In this document: positions 9,041 through 15,916 of the stretch, in pieces | Numbering within the stretch: position 1 is the first letter of the stretch | Layout: the number at the start of each line of letters is the position of its first letter | DNA from: an uncultured Clostridia bacterium | GTDB taxonomy: Bacteria > Bacillota > Clostridia > Christensenellales > UBA3700 | Assembly (NCBI GenBank): GCA_944383935.1 | Contig: CALWRK010000004.1 | Location: 1-34,311 of the forward strand | Length of the DNA: 34,311 bases | Direction of reading: 5' to 3' | Position numbers and translations under genes: made by a program | The notes under the pieces: generated by a model | Databases searched by the model: none | Told to the model about the DNA's origin: nothing | Seen by the model: the letters and a program-made list of their open reading frames with translations, nothing else

Positions 9041-9686
9041 ATTTCTTCTTTATATCCATCGGAACCTGTATCGCCATGCCCCCGGGTGTGAGCAGGAACA
9101 TATTGGGACCTATTCTCTGCTGAGAGCCGCATAGGGCGTATATCGCGCCGCTCAAAAAATCCAAAATGCGCTGCGCGTGCTTGTCCGGCATACGGGACAA
9201 ATCGACGATTATCGCCTGTCTGCGGCGCAGATTGTCTATTATAACGCGTATATCATGATGGGAACGGGGATATGTAATGATGATATTCGAACCGTCGGAA
9301 CCGGTGATGCTCTCCTCCTTTTTCCTGAACATCCCCAAAATACCGCGGCGCTTTTTCTCCTCTATGCTTCCGTCATACGCCTCGTCGCCGCCGAGCGGTG
9401 TTACCCCCTCCCCGCGATAATATCCGTCCTGAGGGGGATATTGCGGAGGCGGATACTGCCCGGGATAGGGCGCGTTTTGCGGGGGATACTGCCCGGGATA
9501 GGGCTGGGGCGGATAGGGATTTTGCGGAGGATACGGCTGATTTTGCGGCGGATAATTCTGCGGAGGATATTGCCCCGGCTGTCCGTTTCTGCCGCCGTCA
9601 TAACGTCCGTCGCCGTAGCTCCCGCCGCGGCGCCTTCTGTCGTCGTTGTAATTTTCACGGTCGTAATCGTCGTAACGTCTATCCAT
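9033..9686 (-). CDS. sepF: Cell division protein SepF with a low-complexity N-terminus
   Basis: C-terminal PRSHHD..IIVDL..AQRILDFLSGAIYALCG..FLLTP domain. Directly downstream of yggS (ylmE-ylmF synteny). Confidence 0.9.
   Translation of the reverse strand: MDRRYDDYDRENYNDDRRRRGGSYGDGRYDGGRNGQPGQYPPQNYPPQNQPYPPQNPYPPQPYPGQYPPQNAPYPGQYPPPQYPPQDGYYRGEGVTPLGGDEAYDGSIEEKKRRGILGMFRKKEESITGSDGSNIIITYPRSHHDIRVIIDNLRRRQAIIVDLSRMPDKHAQRILDFLSGAIYALCGSQQRIGPNMFLLTPGGMAIQVPMDIKKKYD
9428..9583 (-). repeat. Coding tandem repeat of YPPQ/YPGQ units in sepF
   Basis: Protein GQPGQYPPQNYPPQNQPYPPQNPYPPQPYPGQYPPQNAPYPGQYPPPQYPPQ. Exact 21-bp repeat at 9451-9471 and 9484-9504. Confidence 0.9.
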
Positions 9687-10395
9687 TGATCTGCTCCGTA
9701 TTGTATACCCTTTCGCCGAACAATACTCTGCCCAGCCTTATCATATTCGAACCGCCGTAGGTTATGGCAAGCTCGTAGTCGTTTGTCATGCCGCAAGAGA
9801 GGGTGTCTATCCCGTCGAACTTGCCCTGCATTTGCAGATAAATTGAATGCAAATCCCCATACATTCCGATAAGCCTATCCTTGTCATCGGTGTTCGGAAG
9901 CACGCTCATTAAACCTTTAACGCACACATTGGGATATTTTTTTACGCTTTGTGCAAAGTTTAGCACCTCTTCCGGCTCCACGCCGCCCTTGCTTATCTCG
10001 CTGCCCATATTCACTTCTATAAGACAATTCGCAATAAGAGAATGCTTACGAGCCTGCTTGTCCACCTCTGCGGCAAGCTCCTCCCTGTCGAGCGAGTGGA
10101 TAAGGCATACTTTGTCTATTATATACTTGACCTTATTCGTTTGAAGCCTCCCTATAAAATGACGGCGCACGTTGAGAGAGGGATCGTAATTTGCCATAAA
10201 TTCCTGAACTCTGTTATCTCCGATATCGCTCACAAGTCCGGCTCTGACCACCTGCTCGATAAGTTCTTTGGGTTGAGTCTTGACCGCCGCCACCAAGGTG
10301 ACGCCGTCCGTTCTGCCCGCAGCTTTTAACGCCGCAATGATTTTTGCTCGGCACATTGCCGCATTGTGTTTAATTTCTTCAAACGACAAACTCAT
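9679..10395 (-). CDS. yggS: Pyridoxal phosphate homeostasis protein (YggS/YlmE family, 238 aa)
   Basis: LVAAVKT, GDNRVQE, HFIGRLQTNK, IHSLD, EISKGG, LSCGMTNDY, IRLGRVLFG. Start at MSLSFEE. Confidence 0.95.
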   Translation of the reverse strand: MSLSFEEIKHNAAMCRAKIIAALKAAGRTDGVTLVAAVKTQPKELIEQVVRAGLVSDIGDNRVQEFMANYDPSLNVRRHFIGRLQTNKVKYIIDKVCLIHSLDREELAAEVDKQARKHSLIANCLIEVNMGSEISKGGVEPEEVLNFAQSVKKYPNVCVKGLMSVLPNTDDKDRLIGMYGDLHSIYLQMQGKFDGIDTLSCGMTNDYELAITYGGSNMIRLGRVLFGERVYNTEQING

Positions 10396-10403
10396 ATATA
10401 TAA

Positions 10404-10432
10404 ATAATAACACAATTTGCGCGTAAAGTAAA
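10404..10432 (-). promoter_or_regulatory. SigA-type promoter of the yggS operon
   Basis: TTTACT-17 nt-TATTAT with an extended TG, 8 nt before the ATG. Confidence 0.6.
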
Positions 10433-10794
10433 CGGTTATCAAAAAATTTATGCTTATGCAGAAAAATTTTTGCCGCACGGTGCAAAAGCAATCTTTTCAA
10501 TATATGGACAAAAACGGCATTAAATTCTCTCCCCCTGCTTTTTGCTGATATGGGGAAATTATGCTTCCCAAATATTAACGACGGCGGGCAATTACCTCCA
10601 CGAGCTCAATTAATCGCGAGAAATCAATGAACACGCAAAAGTCAATTATTAAATCTGTATAAAACTTTTGACTGATATGACAAAAATGCGAAGAAGATGT
10701 ACTTGGTCGCATTTTTATATCGTATTGTTATTTTATGGCATTTATTTTTCTATATTATTTTGAAAATTAAAATAATGTAGAATAATTTTACCCC

Positions 10795-11448
10795 TCAGTT
10801 ACCTATACTAAACTCCTCTTGAATCTTATTTCCCACAAGTATTTTACTTACCGATACCTCGTAAGCCACTCTCTCTTCCGTCTGAGTTTCACTTATCACT
10901 TTGGTGTATACCCTGCTCTGCACTCTACCCGTAACCCATAGCTTTTCACCTATAGGCATACCCTTTATAAAGCGTGCGTTTCTGCCCCACATTATGCACG
11001 GAATGTAATCGGATTTATTATAAGCCCTGTTCACAGCTAAGAGGACATCGCATATCTCGCGCTTAAACGGAGTGGTCCTGTATACGGGCGGCTTACAGAT
11101 ATACCCCATTATCTCTATACTGTTGGGATTTTCTTCCTCTTCTTCATCTGCCGGCAACACCTCCCTGGCAAACGCCGTGAGAAGGAGGCGCGAGTGCGTG
11201 CCTTCCATCTTGTTATAGCTACGAAACTGCCCCGATATGCTTATCTTTTTGCCGGGCTGGATCTCCCATCTGGTCAAAAGCCGTTCCGATATGGTTACGG
11301 GGATCACATCTTCCTGACCGGAAAGGCGCGGCACGCTGAGTTTTGTTTCGTAAAACTCCTCACCACACACTTCGTGTGAGTAGACGGGCTGATCGACAAT
11401 GGTGCCCGTCAGTCGTAACTTGTTGTTGCTCATCTGTTCGTAGTTCAT
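10795..11448 (-). CDS. Single-stranded DNA-binding protein with two tandem OB folds
   Basis: Two SSB-like repeats (NNKLRLTG..VPRLSG..GQFRSYN and NSIEIMG..AVNRAYNKSDYIPCIMWG..GRVQSR); no acidic DDDIPF tail. GAGGAGG RBS. Confidence 0.88.
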   Translation of the reverse strand: MNYEQMSNNKLRLTGTIVDQPVYSHEVCGEEFYETKLSVPRLSGQEDVIPVTISERLLTRWEIQPGKKISISGQFRSYNKMEGTHSRLLLTAFAREVLPADEEEEENPNSIEIMGYICKPPVYRTTPFKREICDVLLAVNRAYNKSDYIPCIMWGRNARFIKGMPIGEKLWVTGRVQSRVYTKVISETQTEERVAYEVSVSKILVGNKIQEEFSIGN

Positions 11449-12224
11449 ATTACCTCCTCGGCATTCATGTGCTGAACGCCGTTATTATCGATATAGTAGT
11501 TATCCTTATACACCAGTTCACTCATTGTAACCGTCTTATAGCCCTCGCTTTGCAGATATGCCAATACGAGCGGCAACGCGTCCAATATATGATCGCTGTT
11601 GTTGTGGAAGAGGATGATGCTTCCGTTTTTCACGCCCTTTGTTACGCGTGAGAGTATCTCCTGCGCATTCAACCCCTTCCAGTCGAGAGAATCTACGCTC
11701 CATTGTATTGCCTGCATCCCGACACTCTCGACGCCTTCTATGAGTTTATTGTCATATTCCCCGTACGGAGGACGGAAATATGAAGGACGCTTTCCCGTGA
11801 GCGTTTCCACCTTATCACTCACATAGTCCAATTCCATACTTATCTCTTCAACGGACAATTTAGACATATGTAAGTGATTTTTACTGTGATTGCCTATCTC
11901 GCAGCCGCTTTGATCTATCGTCTTGACCATGTCGGGATAGTCGTCCACCCAAAAGCCCACCAAAAAGAATGTCGCCGTTGCGCCGTACTCTTCCAAGGCG
12001 TCGAGTATGCCCTGCGTCTTATCCGCACCCCATGCGGCGTCAAACGTGAGCGCCACCTTCTTTTCTTCGCCGCAGTCCACGCCGTATACGGGCAATTTGC
12101 GGGAGGACGCATTGTTATACACGTCCGCAACCGCCTCGAAGTTCAGCCCTATGCAGCAGATCACCGCCAGCGCAATCACCAGCACCACGGCGAGTATACT
12201 TTTCGCCCTAACCGTCACAAACAC
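11445..12224 (-). CDS. Polysaccharide deacetylase, PdaB-like sporulation type (CE4, ~259 aa)
   Basis: LTFDAAWG, ATFF, GNHSKNH, FRPPYG, WSVDSLDW, ILFH, plus an N-terminal membrane anchor. Start placed at GTG 12224 behind GGAGGAG, not at the ORF-track TTG 12347. Confidence 0.88.
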   Translation of the reverse strand: MFVTVRAKSILAVVLVIALAVICCIGLNFEAVADVYNNASSRKLPVYGVDCGEEKKVALTFDAAWGADKTQGILDALEEYGATATFFLVGFWVDDYPDMVKTIDQSGCEIGNHSKNHLHMSKLSVEEISMELDYVSDKVETLTGKRPSYFRPPYGEYDNKLIEGVESVGMQAIQWSVDSLDWKGLNAQEILSRVTKGVKNGSIILFHNNSDHILDALPLVLAYLQSEGYKTVTMSELVYKDNYYIDNNGVQHMNAEEVI

Positions 12225-12350
12225 TTTTTTCTCCTCCAATATATCATCGGCTTTTTGCCGCTTTTCGGCATATAATGGCGAATTAGCGCGAAAATTCTCC
12301 GTATTTGCCGTCCGAACAAGAGGCTCCCTCGCATATTCCGCCTTCAATAA

Positions 12351-12378
12351 CCTATATGAGCCGAACTTCTTAAATATG
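12351..12378 (-). promoter_or_regulatory. SigE-like sporulation promoter of the deacetylase-ssb operon
   Basis: Minus strand CATATT-14 nt-CATATAGG. Confidence 0.5.
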
Positions 12379-12411
12379 TATGTAATATTTTGACAGTATT
12401 TGCATTGTCCC

Positions 12412-12440
12412 TTGACTTTTGCGTCTATAAAGGATATAAT
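12412..12440 (+). promoter_or_regulatory. SigA promoter of the SRP RNA
   Basis: TTGACT-17 nt-TATAAT, 6 nt before the RNA 5' end. Confidence 0.85.
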
Positions 12441-12446
12441 AATATC

Positions 12447-12713
12447 GCTGTGCTAGGTGGGGAGCTAGCGGTGCCCTGTACCTGCAATCCGCTATAGCAG
12501 GACTGAACGCTGTTCTAGGCTTTATTTATGGAAGGTCTGCCTTCGATAAGCGATGTCGATACCAAGGTCTTGTGCAATCGTGCACTGCGAACCATGTCAG
12601 AGCTTGACCGCAGCAGCATTAAACAGACCGCATGATGTGCCACGAGGTAGCTTTGGAGGAGTTGGCTGTCGTTGTTACGCTTCGGTAAATACTGTCGAAA
12701 ACAGATGCACAGC
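12447..12713 (+). ncRNA. ffs: Large bacterial SRP RNA (scRNA with Alu domain)
   Basis: Alu-domain sequence GGGGAGcTAGCGGTGCCCTGTACCTGCAATCCGCTaTAGCAGG as in Bacillus scRNA. S-domain GAACCATGTCAG..AGCAGCATTAA. Terminal helix gctgtgc (12447-12453) with gcacagc (12707-12713). ~267 nt. Confidence 0.95.
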
Positions 12714-12744
12714 ATTTTATTTTTATTGATTATAGGTGTATTAA

Positions 12745-13638
12745 ATGATTCAAGATAAAAAAATCGCCCTGCTTATAGACGCGGAGAATATCACTTCCAA
12801 GTATGGCGCAATCATCTTCCGAGAAGTCGCAAAATACGGCACTGCCACCTATCGCAGGATATACGGAGATTTCGTGAACTCGCGCAATATAAACTGGACT
12901 CAGACGGATTTTTCCAAGTTTTCCCTCACTCCCGTACAGCAATACAGCTATACCGTAGGCAAGAACAGCTCGGATATAACCATGGTCATCGACGCCATGG
13001 ATATACTCTATTCGGGAAACGTAGATATGTTCTGCATAGTCACTTCGGACAGCGATTATACCAAACTCGTAACTCGTCTGAGAGAGGCGGGACTGTCCAT
13101 AATAGGAATGGGAGAAACCAAAACCCCTCGCGCACTGAAAGCCGCTTGCGAAAAATTCATTCCCTTGGACAGCATATTTAAGACGGAAAATAAGGGAAAT
13201 GATAAGTCTAAGACGGCTAAAACAGACGTCAAGGCGGTAAAAGTAGACAAAATGGAAAAGGCGGACGATCCCGCGGAGAAGAAGGTCAAGCGGGAAAAGA
13301 AAGTGAAAGAAGAAAAGGCGGAGGAACCCAAGACGGATACGGAGAACAAGTCGGACGCGGAGAGCGAAGCGGATTCCGCAACCCCGATCGAGGACATCAT
13401 CTCCACAATCTGCAACACCATACTGCCCGATTTGGAAACGGACAGCGGATGGGCAAACTTGGCGGATGTGGGCAATCGCCTTACGAAACTCTACTCCGAC
13501 TTCGATCCCCGTACTTACGGCTACGAAAAGCTGAGCAAGCTGGTAAAGGACCGCAAGGAATTCGAAGTGGATAAAAAACCCGGCGAAAATCATACCAGCA
13601 TTTATTACATACGTTTGAGCGAAAAGCCTAAGAAATAA
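12745..13638 (+). CDS. NYN (LabA/DUF88, PIN-like) domain protein with a C-terminal OST-HTH/LOTUS domain
   Basis: LLIDAEN, RRIYGD, GKNSSDITMVIDAM, VTSDSDY; Lys/Glu-rich linker; GWANLADVG..FDPRTYGYEKLSKL. Confidence 0.92.
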   Translation: MIQDKKIALLIDAENITSKYGAIIFREVAKYGTATYRRIYGDFVNSRNINWTQTDFSKFSLTPVQQYSYTVGKNSSDITMVIDAMDILYSGNVDMFCIVTSDSDYTKLVTRLREAGLSIIGMGETKTPRALKAACEKFIPLDSIFKTENKGNDKSKTAKTDVKAVKVDKMEKADDPAEKKVKREKKVKEEKAEEPKTDTENKSDAESEADSATPIEDIISTICNTILPDLETDSGWANLADVGNRLTKLYSDFDPRTYGYEKLSKLVKDRKEFEVDKKPGENHTSIYYIRLSEKPKK

Positions 13639-13661
13639 TATGTAATCGACTTATATCAAAT

Positions 13662-13689
13662 AAAATGGCGGCTTTTGTCGCCATTTTTT
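13662..13689 (+). terminator. Intrinsic terminator after the NYN gene
   Basis: aaaatggcggc-tttt-gtcgccatttttt. Confidence 0.8.
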
Positions 13690-13726
13690 ACGGAATAAAA
13701 ACAGGCGCGCGGATTATAATAAGAAT

Positions 13727-13831
13727 ATGGCAAAGAAAAAGATCAAAGCAGATCCGTTTGACCCCTCCGGCAGTTATACCGGCATAAATAAGGACGGAGG
13801 CGTTCCCGTGCAGGACGCAGACGACTTATAA
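13727..13831 (+). CDS. Small protein, 34 aa (MAKKKIKADPFDPSGSYTGINKDGGVPVQDADDL)
   Basis: Open ATG-TAA frame below the ORF-track cutoff. I recall the DPxGSYTG...PVQDADDL motif from small clostridial hypothetical proteins (not searched). A -10-like element sits just upstream. Confidence 0.75.
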   Translation: MAKKKIKADPFDPSGSYTGINKDGGVPVQDADDL

Positions 13832-13863
13832 TTCATTTTCCGCCCTTGCTCGATGAATAAAGT

Positions 13864-14829
13864 TCATACGGACGCATTTCTATTAAATACGGCGAGCAGA
13901 GAGTAATAACGCAAGTCCGCCTCCATCTCTTGCGGCGAAGCATAGGTTCCGCGAGCCAACGCAGCCAGGAAGGCGGATTCCGCGCGCATATCGCTCACCA
14001 ATTTAAGCACATTGCCGAAATAACCCTCGGCAGAGGAAAGAAAACCGTCTATATACAACTCAAACTCCTCTTCACAGCGCCTGCATTCGGCCGCGGCGGC
14101 GGAAATATCGTACTCTCCCGATTGGAGTTTTTGCAAAATATCAAACATATATCCAAGAAAAATTTCCGTATAGTCGGAATATTCCTCCACAAGCGAGCGC
14201 AACCTTTCCGGATACTCCTCCAAGACGGGTGCGTCACATTCAAGGCGCGTACTTTCAAGGTCCGCTCCGTTATATGTACCGAACAGCAGGTTTTCCGACG
14301 AAGATATGTCCGCATAAACTAAATATTCCCCGTCTTTTACGGCGATATATCCGCCAAGCCCCAGCTTCCTCATCTCCTCGCTTTGGAGTTTAGCACTCTC
14401 ATAGTCGGCACAGCCTGCAAGATAACTGACATATATACCGCTTTTATTCGCCGTATAGGCGGATTTCATGCCGGCAATCACCGCCCCGTCCGTCAATATA
14501 TCCGTGGCTAAAATCGTGGAAGCGCAGGTGAGCGCGATAAGACAAAAGCACAGTGCGACGAGCCACGCCTTCCTTTTGAAAGAACTTTTTCCTCTCGCCC
14601 TATTTACAACTCTCTCTTCCGGCGCGGCGGCGGATGGGTCGTACTCTATGTCCGCCCGCCTTTCTTCCTCGTCGACGTCCGTTTTAGGCTGGTAATATTC
14701 TATGGCAGGCTCTCCGCTCAACTGCTTTTCCGTGCGATAATATCTATAATAGACATTATTGTAATTCATCCCCTCAATGCTGTCTTTCAGCTCCTTATAG
14801 TTTTTGAGATAATAGCGCGAATAGTCCAT
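13864..14829 (-). CDS. Membrane-anchored hypothetical protein with a possible SPOR-like domain (~321 aa)
   Basis: One TM helix (AWLVALCFCLIALTCASTILA) after a basic patch. YVSYLAG..YESAK..LGLGGYI..GEYLVY resembles a SPOR fold. Start set at MDYSRYY below a CATATTCT box. Confidence 0.65.
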   Translation of the reverse strand: MDYSRYYLKNYKELKDSIEGMNYNNVYYRYYRTEKQLSGEPAIEYYQPKTDVDEEERRADIEYDPSAAAPEERVVNRARGKSSFKRKAWLVALCFCLIALTCASTILATDILTDGAVIAGMKSAYTANKSGIYVSYLAGCADYESAKLQSEEMRKLGLGGYIAVKDGEYLVYADISSSENLLFGTYNGADLESTRLECDAPVLEEYPERLRSLVEEYSDYTEIFLGYMFDILQKLQSGEYDISAAAAECRRCEEEFELYIDGFLSSAEGYFGNVLKLVSDMRAESAFLAALARGTYASPQEMEADLRYYSLLAVFNRNASV

Positions 14830-14835
14830 ACGCAA

Positions 14836-14864
14836 AGAATATGCCAAGTTTAAGCTGATTTTGC
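14836..14864 (-). promoter_or_regulatory. SigE-like promoter
   Basis: Minus strand GCAAAAT-14 nt-CATATTCT, then 6 nt to ATG 14829. Confidence 0.45.
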
Positions 14865-15156
14865 ATTTTACCCTTTTATTGGCTAGATTATTATGAATTT
14901 TACAGTATTTTGTAATAATATGGCAATTTATTTTCTAAACTTATAACTTATTGTTATTATGAATTTTGCGACGATCCCTTATTTTATTCCTTTTACGCCC
15001 ATCTTTCCCGCCCCTGTTTTTACCGAGAGCGTATTGAAACTTTTCGACAAAACAAGACCTCTCCCAAATCCCCGAAATGGAAAATTCGAGATACCTCGGC
15101 TGATCGCTTAAACCTTTTTCTGTCTTGTGCGACATTGACTAATTCCCAAATATCAA

Positions 15157-15250
15157 ATGAATCGACTCTAGGCGCTTAACTTCCGCAGCAGGCTTTTGCC
15201 CTGCCCTTCTCTTTTGCAATTTTTGGTTTGCCCTGATTGAATCGACTCAA
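15157..15250. repeat. Two copies of the near-palindrome TGAATCGACTC, 80 bp apart
   Basis: Exact 11-mers at 15158-15168 and 15238-15248. Inner repeat tttgccctg at 15195-15203 and 15227-15235. Confidence 0.7.
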
Positions 15251-15288
15251 AAACCTTTCACTTCAAAAGGAATTGCGGCGAATGGTTT

Positions 15289-15744
15289 TTATTTCAAGTC
15301 ATCGTACTTTTCGACCCTAACCCCCGCCTCTTTGAAGAGTTCCAGGCTGAACTCATCGGGATAACCATACTTAAACACTACCCTCTCTATGCCGGCATTG
15401 ATTATCATCTTTGCGCATATCGTACACGGCTGATGTGTACAATACAGCGTCGCTCCCTGCACAGACACGCCCAGTTTGGCAGCCTGAATTATGGCGTTCT
15501 GTTCCGCGTGCACGGCGTAGCATATCTCATGGCGCGTTCCGGAAGGTATCCCCAACTTGACGCGCAGGCATTCCCCTTTCTCCACGCAGCTTAAAATACC
15601 GCTGCTGGCGCCGTTGTAGCCCGTTGTGAGTATCCTCTTATCCTTGGTTATGACGGCGCCAACGTGCCTGTCCGGCTTAAAACAGCTGGACCAGGTGGCA
15701 ACTTCTTCCGCCATGCGCATAAATCTTTCGTCCCACTTGTTCAT
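15289..15744 (-). CDS. dCMP deaminase (ComEB family)
   Basis: VGAVI, TGYNG, HAEQNAI, PCTIC. GAGGTG RBS; extended TG-TATAAT promoter upstream. Confidence 0.93.
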   Translation of the reverse strand: MNKWDERFMRMAEEVATWSSCFKPDRHVGAVITKDKRILTTGYNGASSGILSCVEKGECLRVKLGIPSGTRHEICYAVHAEQNAIIQAAKLGVSVQGATLYCTHQPCTICAKMIINAGIERVVFKYGYPDEFSLELFKEAGVRVEKYDDLK

Positions 15745-15861
15745 TTATCCACCTCTTTGTAAGATTATAACACAAACAAGCGCGGTAAACAAGATATTGC
15801 GTGTGTTTTGCGTGAAATACAGGTAAAACCTCTTGCATAATTAAATATTTATCTATCCATA

Positions 15862-15890
15862 TTGACTTCGCGCGCGTACGCGTATATAAT
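15862..15890 (+). promoter_or_regulatory. SigA promoter of the M20 peptidase gene
   Basis: TTGACT-17 nt-TATAAT. Confidence 0.8.
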
Positions 15891-15916
15891 ATAAATGGAA
15901 ATTTTAGGAGGAAACT

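Noticed and set aside
10396-10500. Upstream extensions of yggS (and likewise tig, the deacetylase, ytfJ, ytfI and dacB) in the ORF track
   Set aside because: They overlap promoters or neighbouring genes; downstream starts fit RBS/promoter positions and family lengths better.
12515-12715. 66-aa minus-strand ORF
   Set aside because: It lies antisense to the SRP RNA, which explains the sequence.
12730-13593. 287-aa ORF antisense to the NYN gene
   Set aside because: Shadow of the Lys/Glu-rich coding strand; no independent evidence.
14941-15135. 64-aa ORF in the intergenic gap
   Set aside because: No clear RBS or motif, and low-complexity composition; cannot be supported.
15170-15240. c-di-GMP-I riboswitch suggested by GGGCAAACC..GCAAAAGCC on the minus strand
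   Set aside because: The P2 stem with GAAA tetraloop and the P3 receptor are not present; the resemblance is limited to short words.
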